DNA from: Geosiphon pyriformis uo1
Lineage: Eukaryota; Fungi; Glomeromycota
Assembly: GCA_016748015.1 (NCBI GenBank)
Contig: JAAOMT010000664.1
Span: 1,549,892-1,613,891, forward strand
DNA length: 64,000 nt
Direction: 5' to 3'
Positions 38,126 through 52,343 of the stretch are shown piece by piece (positions within the stretch are counted from its first letter, which is position 1; the number at the start of each line of letters is the position of its first letter). The position numbers and the translations under genes were made by a program. The notes below the pieces were generated by a model. That model did not search any database, had not been told where the DNA came from, and was given only the letters and a program-made list of their open reading frames with translations.

Positions 38126-41100
38126 TATTACTGAAGGTTTTTGGTCTTATTTTTTGAATATTGTTAATGTCTGTTTACTGTGAATTCATGACTAAAGAAA
38201 ATAGTTAAACCTCCAATAACTGAATTTATCTTTAAATTATTTCTTATAATTTGAACTGCTGAGCATATAAATAGAATGACCAATTTTATGCCAGTTACTT
38301 TATGTAGTTATATTGTAGTAAATGTCAATTTTTTCTCAGGAATTGCTTATCTGGAAGCTCACTAAAAATATGTAATTACTTTGCTGTAAAAGTTAACTTT
38401 TTTACAGAAATCTTATCTGTAGACTACTTTAATAATTATAATAAAAAATAAAAAATATAAAAAATATAAAAGAAATAGAATTTTGTCAAGAAAAACGTTT
38501 TCTATTTAGGCCTGAAGTCACTAACAGGTTATTGAAATTAGTAGCTAATTAATTTTAAAATGTTAGTTAGATTTTTGTAAATTTCAAGTATAATAATTAA
38601 GGATTTGGTTTTTCGAATATTTTAATTTTTATTTAATTTTGTAAAAGTGTGTAAGAAATAATTTATTTTAATTAAAATATTTAAAGTAAAATAAGATACA
38701 TTTTTTTGAAAAAAAAAGCTTTTCTTTTATACAACTTGTTATAGTACTAGTTTTTAAACTTGTACTTTTCTTTTTGCTATAATTTTAGCAAATTAAAGAT
38801 ACATTTTGGTAAACTACAAGTTATTTCTATAAACTATTAATTATTTCGGCCAATTTTCATTAATTTTAGCGAATTTTGACTATATTAAATGGTTTAAGAT
38901 ATTATGTAATTTGATCATCTTAATTTCTATGGTATAAATTAGATTATTAATTAAATGATAATATTCAATAATTTGATTAACTAATAAGTGATAAATAATA
39001 ATAATATATACTAATTAATACTAGGAATTAAAAAAGTAATTTCATGCTAATTAATAGCTAAAATTTTACTGATAACATAATCTTTTTTTTAAAACTGAGC
39101 TCTATTGAAGTCCAAGCATTATTTGTAATACTGAAATAGTAATCCAAAATAATCATGGTAATTTAATTTGAAAATTGTTGAAATTTCAGTTCTGTAAGTT
39201 TGCTAATGTATTAAATTTTTATTGATTGTAGTATTGGATTTTGTAGAATATTTTTATAAATATTAAATAAGTTATAAAGTTTAAAAGCTGTTCTAAGTTT
39301 GTAGTAAGTGTTTGTTGATTCAGCTACTGTTTTGAATTTATTGTGAATTTGTTTTTGTATGGCTTCAAAAGTAATTTTTGTTGCTTTAAGTTCTAGTTTT
39401 TGTTTATAAAGTGTTTTTCCAATATAAAAATATCTATAAATAAAGATATGTTCATTGTTTTGTTTATTGAGAAATAGTAGAAGTTTTTGTTGTATTGTAG
39501 TATTTGGTAAAATGTCAATAAGAGCAAATAAAAATTTTTTTTTTAATGCTTGCTTCAAAAGTTTTGGTAATTGGTTTCTAGAGTAACTTCTTGTGTTTTT
39601 TTATAAGAGTGATAATTCTGAGAATTATTTACTACTAATATCATAGTTTCTTTTTGGGTGTAATTAATTTAACTTCCATTAATCATTATAGATAAGTTAG
39701 AGAGTGTTTTTAAAGCTAACATTAATTTTTAAAATAATTGTTGAATGTTTTGAGGAATAAGCATTATAAAATTTGAATAAATAAAATTTGTTATTAAAAA
39801 AAAATAAAGAAAGAATTATTTTTGGTATTAAGATTTTATATATTTTTGTTTTAAGTTTTTGTTAATTATTTTTCTATTTTTTTTTAATATTCTGTGTTAT
39901 TTGGAGAAAATATTAATATAATTAATAAATTAATATTCAAATTTAGTTGTTGTTTTATTACAACTATTGGTTCTAAATTTCAGGAAATATTTTCAGAATT
40001 AATTAAAGAAAAATGTGTACCAATTTGTAAAATTAATGGTTTAGGATTTGTTTTGAAATAATAATGTTTTAATTAGTCTTTATGTGCAACTTTTGCTAGA
40101 ACTTTGTTATTAAGTCTTAACTTATATAATCTATTGCCTAAAATTTTATGAATATAGAATGGTCCATCCCATTTATGTTCAAATTTTCCACTTCATTGTT
40201 TTTTAGTTTTAGTTCTGTTTAAGAAAACTTTGTTTCTAATTTTAAATTTATTGGTAACTAATAGTAATTTATTGTCATGTTGTTTTTTTTGTTAAGCCTA
40301 AAAGTGTTTAATATGAGTTGTTGCTATTTATTGTTTTTCTTTCAAAGTGCTGAGCAGGATGTAAGCTCTTTGTTGAAGTATCTCTTAGAAGTTTTCTTTA
40401 ATAATTAGTTGTATTGAATATGTTTCTACTGTAAAATTGATTGATTATATTGTTATTCTTCTATAAGTTAATCAAATAGTATGTGCTTTGTTGTATTTTG
40501 TTTTAGTGTTCTGTATGCTAGTAATACTAATAGAATAAAGATATCTTATTCTTACTCAAAATTGGTTGAAACTTTGGCTAATAATTCACACAATGTTTTA
40601 TTAAAACATTCTACTAATTCATTTGTTTGTAGATAATATAGAGAAAATAAGAGTTGTTTAACATTGAATCTTTTACAAATTTCTTGTATTATATTGTTTA
40701 CAAAGTGTGTTCTTTAATTAGATAAAAGTTTAATTGGATATCTATGTCTACAAATTATGTCTTAATAAATAAAATTTGCTACTGATTTTGCATCTGCTCT
40801 TTGGATGGCTCTGGCTTTGGGCCATTTAGTAATAGATAGTAGTCTGACTAAATCAATTCCTACTTTGTCAAAAAATTGTCCAACTTTGATTGGATTCAGT
40901 GGTTCAATAGAACGAATTTCTTTTTTTTTTTAACAGTTATCACAAGATTTTACATATTGTCTAATGTTTTTTTGTATCTGGAGCCAAAAATAGTGTTCAA
41001 GTGTTCTTTGAATTGTTTTATTTCTTCTTAAATGTGCTGATAAGAGATTTGTATACATGTTGTAAAGGATTAATTCTTTTTCATTTTCTTGTACTAATCT

Positions 41101-44100
41101 GAGTAAATTGGTTGGGTTTCTACAGTTTTAATAATAAATTTTGTTATAGTATATGAAATATTGTTTTAATTAATGTTGTAATTAGTGTTTTTCACTTGAA
41201 AACCAATTTTCTGGCATGATAAAAGTCTCCAGATAGTTTTTGATATTGTTGTAGTTTTTAGAATCTATTGTTTTTTTGTTGATTATTATTGTATTATTAA
41301 TTTATTAGAGTGAATTCTAATCTTGTCTTATTTTAAAAAGACTATCTATATTAATATGTAATTTGCTTGGTTTGTAATATATTATATATTTATAGTCTGC
41401 TAGGAAATCATTCCATCTAAATTGTTTGGCATTTTGTTCTGATTTCTTTTTATTGAGCCATTTAAGACCAATATTGTCAGCTATAATGTCAAATTCTTTT
41501 CTACTTTTCAGATATTATTGAAAATATTTGAGAGTTCAGATAACTGTGACAGCTTTTAATTCTATTAAGCCATATTTAAGTTCTGTTGGTTTGAGTGTTT
41601 TGCTAGCATAAACAATAACTTATTTATTGCTATTGTTATCCAATTGTAATAAAATAGCACCAAAGACTGTATGTAAAGCATTAGTGGCTAATTAAAACTG
41701 TTTGTTAAAATCTGAATAAGTAAGAACTGGGCTGTTATTAATTTCATTTTGAAAGTTTTGAAGACTTTCTGTTGTTTATTAGTCTATTAGTATGGCATAT
41801 TTTTGTTGGTAAAATAATTGAGTGATTTGGTAATTTCTAAAAAATTTTTGATGAATTTTCAATAATAGAAAGCTAATCTTACAAATCCTTGTAGTTTTGT
41901 AGTATTTTAGGAAGTTTGAAAGTTCTTGACAATACTAATTGTTCCTGGATTTGGTTTGACTCCATTTTTGCTAATAATATGTCTAAGAAAAATTAAATTT
42001 GTTTTTTTAAAGTAATATTTTTTAATGTTTAACTTCAATTTTGCTTTTCATAATCATTGAAAAACTTTTTGCAAGTGAATAAAATGAGCTTTAAAGTTTG
42101 GTAAATATAAATCAGTGTTATCAAGATAAACAACTACTAATTGCTATAAGAGTTCTTTATATATAATATTTATGAGTCATTAGAATATTGCTGGTGTATT
42201 GTAGAATTCAAATGACATAATATTAAATTTCTAGTTTCTTTTTTGAGTAGTAAATGCTGTTTTGGGACAATTTTTTGAGTCCATTTCGACTTGTCAGTAT
42301 CTATTTTTCAAGTCTAAAGTTAAGAAGAACTTGGCTTTTCTCAGAGCATCTAGCATGTTATCAATTTTTAAAAAAGGGTAAACATCTTCAATTGTCATAT
42401 TGTTAAGTTGTCAATAGTTGACACAGAATCTGATTTTTTCATTTTTTTTTTAACAAGAACTACTAGTAAGACCCAAAAACTTTTAAATGGTTAGATAAAC
42501 TCATTTTTGAGCATTTGTTGTACTTTTTCTCTGATAAATTGGTGACTGACAGATAGAACTTAATAGACTTGTTAACATTTTGGTAAAGCATCTCCAGTAT
42601 GAATCTGATGTTAAACAATATTGGTTTTTCCTAAATTATTATTGTCTTTGGCAAATATATTAGCATATTCAGTTATTAATTGTTTCAATTGTCTTTGTTA
42701 TTGGGTTTTTAAGGAACCTATGTTAATTCAAAAGAGTTTTTTTCTAGAACATAATAATTTTCAGTAGTAGAAGTGATGTTTGGGTTTGGAAGTAGAGTAT
42801 GTCTTACAATTTCAATAAAATTGTTGACAATCTGAGGAGTTTTATCTTAAAAAATATTGTTATATATGATTTCAATTTCTATTTTTTTAATAAAGCAATG
42901 AGGTAGTTGTTGGGATTGTAGAAAATAACTTGAAATTTTTTTATTTCTTTGAAATATAAACATTTAGAATTGAGATTTTATGCTTTAAACAGATTTGTTC
43001 ATTTGATTTAAAAATTTGTTGGGTAATAGTAAGTTTTAAGCAAGTATAAATTTCGTGATGTTTTTCAAAAGATGAAATAGTAATTGGTTGGGGAAGTTGT
43101 AGAATCTGGTAAGATTTACTTTGTATATTGAAAGTTATGTTTACTGAAACTGTAAATCATTTAATTAAATAAAAACCTTGTATTTCTCTTTTACTTTTGC
43201 CTAATTGTTTTCTATTACTAATTGATTGCAACTCTAAAATGTTGATTAAAGATAAGTAAATTGCTTGAACAATCTTTTCAGCATGTTCTATTCTAAATGG
43301 TTTTGTAGTTTCATTTTGTAGCATAATGATAATGTTTTCAATATATCCTGTATCTATAATTTTTTTTCTAACATTGATTCTTTTGCTTGCCAATAATAAT
43401 TTGGAAGCAATTTGAATCATTCCTTCTGGTGGAATTTCAAAAGCAATCTTGAAATTGATTTTTGTTAAAGATTTTGGTTAGAGAACCAAAATATCTTTTT
43501 CTAAATATCATAAATCATATTTAACATCTATATTATGAACTTTTTCTGACTTGATTCCTTGACCATTGTTGTTGAAATATTTAAGTTGTAGAGCTGGTTG
43601 ATTCTTAATAAGATAGATTGAAGTTATTGTAATTTTTTTTTCTGGCTCAGGTTCTCTAAACTTAATTTCTTCTTGATCATTTTTGCTGGATAAAAAATGC
43701 TAAGAACATAATATTCTAGACACTATTTATTATTACAAAGCATAACATATTTTTTACACAATTAAATGTTCATTTGCTCTAATTATTGAATTTAAGCTTC
43801 TTGGATTAGATAAGTGTGGTTTGTAATTTGGTGATATGTTTCTACTTTATTTTTATAGTTGAATCTAGCTAATTTCATTGTGTATTCAATGTACTTAGCT
43901 TCTTTCATTTGGCAGACATCTTTCTGTATGGCTTTATTAATCAAAGCCATTGCTAAGTCAAAGATTATTTCAGCATTATAAGAATAGTAGTAGAGTTTGT
44001 TGAAAGCACTATTATAGGCTGCATCAAAAAGTGTTCTTCTTCTGACTTTTTTTGAAATTGATAGGACATATTAGCAAGTTTGATCACATACTCTTCCTTT

Positions 44101-47100
44101 TATTGCAACATTAATCCAGTTGTATTCTTTTGATAGTATGTTTTTACATATGAAACAAGAAGTGTTGTTTTATTTTTCATTTTGTTTGGAGTGTCCAAAT
44201 CGTTCTTTATGGCATGTTTTACAAAAGTAGCAGGTGCAAGTTTTATATTCCTCTTTTAGAAAAATATATGCTCTCATTAATGAAAGTTTTTTCTTGTAAT
44301 TTTTGCATTTAAGTAGAATGTAAGATGATTGTTTCTGTGGTTTTGGTGTAGAGTATCAAACAACATTTCAGTTTTTGGTTTTTTTAAAGATTTTTTGTTC
44401 TGTTTCTTCAGCCCAATTGGATGTTGATCCAAAAGCCATGTATGTTTCAATAATTGGCATTTTTTTCTTTTTTTCAAATTCAAACATTGGGGCTTTTTCA
44501 GATCATTTATTAAAAGTACCATAAATAGCAGGTACTCTGGTGTATTATTTTTGGTATGAAATCTTGAGTTCTTGGGTTTCTTAATCTAAGTTTGCATTGG
44601 CTTTGAAAAGCCAATTGTTTTTGACAAGAGCTTAATATTGGAGTGCATTCATGACAAAGACTTTAACTGGAACAGTAATCCCATTAACTGTAAAAAAGAA
44701 GTTATCAATTTCTCTTACTGAAGTTTTCTTCATACCATTAGCTGTAACAAATACTATTTGGGCTGGTCTGTTAACATTTTGATTAAGTTGTTGCATTAGT
44801 TAATAAGTAATAATACTTTTGGCTAATCTACTGTCTAAAATTAAACAGATTTGTTTTCTTTCTACTTCAGTACCAGTATACATAATAGTGATTGCTTTTT
44901 GTTTATTGATTGTTGTATTGTTAAGCAAGAATAGTAATTCATTGGCTTTAAATTCAAATAAAGATATATCTGAGAGATTGACATTTTAAGCAATTTAAGC
45001 TAATAGAATAGTATTGTTGGAAGGATTTGATTTTGGTGCTGTAGCTTTACTTTCAAAAAGTACAGTTTGTTGAAAATCTGATTTTTTAGACATTGTGAGA
45101 TAGCTGGGTTGAGTGTGATAGTAATTGGGTCTTTGCTGATCAGAATTTTGGAAAACCAACTGATTGTTTAAGTTGATTTTGTTGTTATTATTCTGAAATT
45201 GATTTTGAGATGTAAATTGGTTTTGCTAAACCAATCTTTGGGCAAGTACTTAGTATTGTTGTGTAGATGGTAACTAATATTGTTGAATTTGTAAAGGTTG
45301 CTATTGTATTGGTTATAAGACTAGTTAGTAATAGTTGTTCTAATACTGTGGTCTTGATAAGTAATATGCTAGTAGTGGAGATTGGTAGTAGAACTGTTGA
45401 TGTTAGAAATAACATTAATTATTCCTGTTTTGTTGGTCTTTTTGCATTTTTCTATAATCTTGTTTTCAATGTTCTGTAATTCCACAATAATGACAGCTTT
45501 GTGGTTAATTGTTGAATGATAATGGGTAGTTGTTTTGATTGTATTATTGGAGTGGCTGATATCTTTGTGGTTGGTGCTATTGTTATTGGTTGGTAAAATA
45601 ATTTTCAATCTTCTTTGTAAGTTGGTCAATCTTTTTTTCAGCTGCTGAGCTGGTTTCTCCAATAGCAAAATTCACAAGTTTGGTATAATTTGCTTTTTCT
45701 ATTGTCATTTCATAATTCTTTACATGTTTAATGGCTGTTGCTAAATCTGTTAAAGCATGTGGGTAAACTTTTTTGATCAATTTGTTTTTTAATTCTGTTA
45801 TAAATTGATCTAAAATCTGGACATTAAAATAATATTTGTTGGTTTCTAATTGTCAAATTTGTCTAAAAAGTTTATTAAATCTTTTAAGATAGGTCATAAC
45901 AGTTTCAGATGTTTTTTGCTTAATATTGTGAAAGCAATTTTGGAGAATAATAGAGATGTTGTTGTTGGTAAATTGTTGTAAAAAAACATCTTTGAATGCT
46001 TACCAGTTTTCAAATGGTTTTTCTAAATTTTCAAACTATTTTTCTGCAGTTTTTTAAAGAAAATATGAGATTGCTTTAAGCATTCTTGCTGTATTTCATC
46101 TATTTGCATCTCTTGCTTTCTGGATTTTGTCAAGTCATTCTTGAGGGCTGGTATTATTATCTTTATTAGTAAATTTTGGAATTTTTGCAATATAAGCAGT
46201 TGTCATTTTTTTTTTTTTTTTTATAGTTTCTTCTTGTTTTGATTCAGTTTTGAAAAACAGATAAATAGTAAATTTGGTATTTGTGGTTGAGCAAGTGAAA
46301 TTGGAAATGGTATAATAAAAAGTGGTAATTTAATACTGGTTCTTTGTTCAGATGTTTGTAAGTGTTTGGCAGTTGTTTTTGGTGTATTGTAAATTATATG
46401 GCTAATTTGCAGTTTTTTTTTCTGTTTTTTGTTGTTGCTGTTTTTTGGTTTTGATTTAAAGTCAAAAAAGTATTTGGACTGTACTGAATTTTTTCTTCAC
46501 AGTACTGAATAATGTTAAAGTTAAGTTTTTGAAAGTAGGTGTCAAGTGTTTTATTGTTAAGATCTTTAGTTCTTAATTGTGAATAGTACAATAAATTATT
46601 GTAAAGGTTGTTTCTAACTTTTAAAATGTTGTAGTTTTTAAAAAGATAATTGTTGATGTGGTTTTTAATGAATTAGTATAGTAATTTTTTGAAAATTTCA
46701 ATTTCGTCTGGAATGTTGAATTTTTGCTTGCAGTAAGTGTAAATTAACTGATAATATTCTAAAGTTGTTGTGTCTAGTGTGGTTGCCACTTTAAAGTTGT
46801 TATTGCTGTGTTATTTCTATGGAAGAACACTAAATATTACTAAAAGTTTTTTTGGTCTTTTTTCTTAAATATTGTTAATGTTTATCTGTTGCTAATTTCA
46901 CATTTTTTAGAAGCAATTGAACTTCCAATAACTAAATTTATTTTCAAATTATCTCCTATAATTTGAACTGTTGGGCTTATAAGTAGAATGGCCAATTTCT
47001 TGCCAGTTACTTTATGTAATTATGTTGTAGTAAATGTCAACTTTTTTTCAAAAATTGCTCATCTAGAAGCTCACTAAAAATGTGTAGTTATTTTGCTGTA

Positions 47101-47683
47101 AAAGTCAACTCTTCTATAAAAATCTTGTCTGTAGACTATCCTAATGATTATAATAAAAAATAAAAAAAAAAATAAAAAAATGTAAAAGAAATAGAACTCT
47201 AACAAAAGAAACATTTTCTATCTAGGCCTGAAGTCACTAACAGATTACTGAAATTGGTAGTTAATCAATTTCACAATGTTAATTGTGTTTAAGAAAATTT
47301 TCAAGTGTAATAATCAAAGGATTTGGTTTTTAAATATTTAATTTTTATTTAAGATATGTAAAAAAGTGATTTGTTCTAATTAAGATATCTAAAACAAAAT
47401 ACTATAGTAAAATATTATGAGAAAATACATTTTTTTGAAGAAAGAAGCTCTTTTTTTATACAATTTGTTGTAGTACTAGTTTTTGAACTTGTACTTTTTT
47501 TTTGCTCTAATTTCGGCAAATTAAATATATATTTCGGCAAACTACAAGTTATTTCTATGAACTATTGATTATTTCGGCCAATTTTCATTAATTTCGGCAA
47601 ATTTTGACTATATTAAATAGTTCAGGATATTGTGTAATTTGATTATTTTAATTTTTATGGTACAAATCGAGTTATTAATTGAT
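38126..47683 (-). mobile_element. Ty3/Gypsy element D (A/B family), heavily decayed, outer end of 5' LTR deleted
   Basis: 3' LTR 38126-39077, 5' LTR 46835-~47683, collinear with A; small internal deletions in IN (~40833) and gag (~46250); no matching TSD. Confidence 0.9.
39058..39764 (-). pseudogene. Third ORF of element D
   Basis: ATG at 39764 (MLIPQNIQQL); includes ORF 39211..39558 (IYRYFYIGKTLY...LRTAFKLYNLF). Confidence 0.75.
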
Positions 47684-48870
47684 TATTTTTGCTCACTAAC
47701 ACTAATTAATAATTCAAAACAGATATAACAGTATTTAGTTCTTTAAAATAAACAATTATATATTGCCAAACACCAACAGGTTTCAACACAACACAAACAA
47801 TCTTACCAAAAACACCAAGTGTTGTGTTAATATCAGCAGCAAATATACCCAAAGACATATTATACAAAGCAACAACAGCAAAAAAGAAACCAAATTTAGA
47901 AACCACCAAAGATTTGGTAATTTGAAAGTAATCAAATAAATAGAGCTTGTAAGCTTAATTAGAAATATAGTTTCTAAAAATTTTTGTAAAGCAAATTTCA
48001 TATAAAAGAGCTTTATATTGTTTTTTAATACTGATTTTACACCCAAAAAACCATATATAAACTGAAAAACAGTCTTAATATAAGCCAATTTAATCTTAAA
48101 AATAATATTAAACACCAGAATAGAAACTATCTACTTAGCAAATCTTTGATAATTAGAAATAGTTTTTTAAACATTATCAATAACAGCACTAAAAATCAGA
48201 AAAAAAATTAAGTCAGTTTTTATCTAATTAATCCAGTTTTCAAAAACAAGTAATCCAACAAAAAACTGTTATTTTGTTTTTAAAACTGGTAATAATATGT
48301 TAGAAAACACCATATTTAACAACATAAATAATAGTTAATCTTGGCCTATATTAGATAATAGACTAGATAATACAACAGAAATCTTATCTAAAATCTTATT
48401 AGAAACCACAAAAAAATTCAGTATAATAATAATAAAGACAAGCAATTGCTTTTACTTTTTTGAGTTTTTGGTCTTTTTGACTATTTTTTTTTGAAAAAAT
48501 AGTATTAGAAATACCAAATATAAAACCTATAAAAAAAACCAGCTTGTTAATTAATCTGTTATTAAAAACTTTTAAGTTTTTAGAAGAGATAAAAACAACA
48601 TTAGAACTAATCCAAGTGTGTTTTTTTAAAAGAACTTTGATCAGTAAAAAACCAGTCAAAGATAAAAAAATGCTTTAGTAACTACTAATAACAGTTTTTT
48701 ACTATTATTAATCAAGAAAAAAACTTTTAAAATGTTTTACTTAATTGTTTTTACAACAATAAGAACTTTTCTAATTAAAACTTTGTAAAATACTAAAAAG
48801 AAAATACCAATTATAACTTTTTTATTTTTTGCTCTGATTATGGTTATAAAATTAAAAAAACAAAAAGTCT
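47684..48870 (-). mobile_element. 3'-truncated decayed copy of the ORF1-only element
   Basis: NNRLINKLVF, FKIKLAYIKTVFQ and VVLKPVGVWQYIIVYF match 56840-58010. Confidence 0.82.
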
Positions 48871-51826
48871 TAATTTTATATTTATATATAATATAGAAAA
48901 ATATTAATATATATTTATTAAAAAACATAAATAATAAAAAAAAGTATAAAAAAACATAATTAAAATATTAATAATAAATATTAAAAAACATATTTAAAAT
49001 ATTAATAATAAGTATTAAAAACAATATATATATTATTTATTTATTATATATCAATTTTTAATTTTTATTGGTATTTTTTAGTTTGCTAAAAAAATTTTAT
49101 AGTTATATTTAATTAAATAATTAAATATATTATATTTTTTTATTATTAAATTAGTAATTAATTTTTTAATTTTTTATTATATTAAATTTATTATTATTAT
49201 TATTATTTTAATAAGTATAGCTTAATTATTATTTGGTATATATAAATAATCTAAGTATTTATAATTAAATATAATTATATACTTATTATATATGATTAAA
49301 AAACCTATAATATTTATAATAAACCAAACTTTAATTTAATTTATAAAACACTAAAATAATACAATAAATTTTGGTTAATTTTTTTAATTTTAAAACAAAT
49401 AATAATATATCTTATTTTATTATTTATAATAAAAATACAAATAAAGTCTTTATTAATTAATATTAATTAATTTAAAGTAAAAAAATTAATTTGTTTATCA
49501 AATTTAAACAAGACTAAAAATATAGTTTTTTTTAAAATTTTTATAAATTTTTTTTTAATAATTACTATTTAATTTAAATATATATTTAGTTTTTTTAGAT
49601 TATTATTTATCAAAACATTTTTATTTTTGGTCAATATTATAGTTTTATCTAAACTAAATTTTAATATAAATATTATTTAATAATTGTTTAAAATTTTAAA
49701 AAAACTGAAACTTTTTTACCAAAAAAAATATTTTTTTAATTATTCATATTTTTTTATTGCGTTTTTTTTCCAAAAGTTAACAGATTAATATTTAAAGCAT
49801 AGAATTTTTTGATAATAATTTTTAATTTTTCTTTAATAATTGTAGAAATAAACCAATTTGATTTGAATACAATAAAAAATGATTATAAAAAAAACATTTT
49901 TTTATTCTTAAAATTATAATAATTTGTAATTAATAATAAAACATTTAATTTATTTATTTTGTTTTAAGAATAATTATTTAGGAGTCTAAAAAAGTTTTAT
50001 TCTTATTATTAACTTTAAATTCAATATTAATTATTATAAATTTTATTAATTTAAATTTAAATTAGTTTTTATATTATTAAACACACAAAATATCTACTTT
50101 ATTTACTTAAAGATAAAAATTTAATTAAATATATAACTGTTTTATTATTAAAGTTCTTAATATTATTATTTATTTTTCTAGGCTTCTGAATAAAATTACT
50201 GCCAACAGAATTATGTATTATATATTTTATACATTTTTTATTGGTTATGTTACCATTAATAGTGGTCACAAGTTTCTGCACAAAAGAGTTGGTATTTTGT
50301 AAAATGTTTAAAATGTATAAAGCAATTAAAAAATTAAAAAAACTTTTTCTTGAAAAATTTTTTTTCTTTAAAGAATTTTAGATGTAGAAGAGAAAAAAGT
50401 TTTAAAACATAATTAAAAAATAAAAATAAGAAAATAATAATAATAATAAATTAATTTTTTAAATCATTAATTAAATTAAAATTTTATTAAAAAAATGAGG
50501 TGCAAATTTAAATATTATTTCTATAAAACTAAAACTAAAATTAATATTTTTTAGTTTCAAAATGTTCAATTAGTTATAACTCAAAATAATTACAATCAAT
50601 TTTTTTAAAAAAATTTTAATTAATTAAAATAATATTTTTTATATAAAATAAAAAATAAGATTCCCATATATTATGTTAAATATGTGCAATATCAATTACA
50701 AAAGAATGACTTTTTAATTGATTTCAATTTGGAAAATAGTTTTAATTCAACTTTTTATTCTATTATCATTTCAATATATTAATGTATTTTAAAAACAATT
50801 TAAATCCATCATTTAAATCATTAGGTCATGTTTAAGTGGAAGATTATTTTTAATTTCTTACATAAAAATGCCAAGATTAACGATTTCTCTCATTGTAAAA
50901 TCAAATTATAATAATAAAAATTTAAAATTTGATGAAACGTAATCATTTTCAAATTGTACGTTTGATGGCACCCATGGGCCGAAAATCCCTCATGTGGGGG
51001 ATGAGATCAATTAAAATTTTATTTTTAAGGTTATTAATAACTTAGGTAACCGTTATATTATTAAGAAGATTTCTTTAATACTCAATAGATTGTAGATGTA
51101 TCTCTTTGAGGATGCCGTGAATCTGTGGTCAGAATGACGTAGAGACGTAGAATATTTTATGTAGCAAAAGAAATATAGAAATCTAAATTTATGAACTATT
51201 GCAGTTAGATAACCCTATCTCCGATTTTTTTTTACTAAGAATGATGGAGCATTAGAAAGAGAAAGTTCGGAATAAATTTTAGCGGGGTTTAGTATTATGA
51301 TAAGAGCTATCTCGATCAGTGATCTTGGAATATTAGTCACGAGCTTATCGTAGTTTTACAAGTTCCCAAATTTAGAAATGTTTCAATGCACAAAAGTATA
51401 TGTACAACTAAGAAAAATAGGGGAAAAAAAGAGAAAAAGGTCTCTAGGCTGCAACAATGTATATTCTTGGGTAACCACAATCGGCATCCATGTGTCAAAG
51501 TTTAATATTCCAACAATTCTATTTTTTCAAATTCGATAAGCTTTAGAATTCAATGTTTCAAATGATTAATTGATTCGGATTTTTGTAAACTCAAATTATT
51601 GAATTTCTGGTAATATAATAAGATCGAAGGTAATATAATAGTACTACATCATTTCTGCACAGAAATCGAGTGTGTATGTATTTTCTCGAGAAACCTGGAA
51701 ATTCAATCTCTGAAAAAAGAATATATATCACAAATTGTGTGGTGAAAAAACGATGAAACTTTTTGACCCAAAAAAGTTGTTATCTGATTTTCATTGATTA
51801 TTTCAGCAGCGCTGTATTAATTCCTA

Positions 51827-51921
51827 AATCAATTAATAAATCAATTAATAAATCAACTAATCAATCAATTAATAAATCAACTAATCAATCAATTAATCAA
51901 TTAATCAATCAATCAATCAAT
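51827..51921. repeat. Imperfect (AATC/AATT)n microsatellite upstream of the Sel1 gene
   Basis: aatcaattaataaatcaactaatcaatcaa... Confidence 0.8.
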
Positions 51922-52343
51922 AAAGAAAACATCACCGCCGCCGTCACCGAAAAAATCATTTGATGATTAAAATCATCGATCAATCAAACAAAACAAAAAT
52001 TTGAAACCAGTTTTCCATTAATTCATTACGAACCTTGAAAAATATTTGCTCGTCATTTTCATTTTACTTTTAATTTTAATTTTTCTGAGTTGAAATTCAC
52101 CACCATCGGTCATAATTTCAATTTCACGAAGAATATTAACATAAACACAAAACATTCTTATTCACAACAACAAAACAGTAACAGAACAGCCACAAGCCTG
52201 AACAACAGGAGAATAGAACATATAAAAACTCGATAGAATCTTCACAAAGACTCCCTCACTCCCTCACTCTCCCAATTATTGTTTTAATCAAATTTTGTTG
52301 AAAAAATTTTCCTTTCCAAAATACTTGATCATTTTTCAAAACG

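Noticed and set aside
51295-51353. Possible hairpin or ncRNA (tatgataag...cttatcgta) upstream of the Sel1 gene
   Set aside because: Short imperfect stem, no recognisable tRNA or snoRNA motifs; could be chance.
51763-51963. 66-aa ORF with SINK/STNQ repeats
   Set aside because: Translation of a microsatellite.
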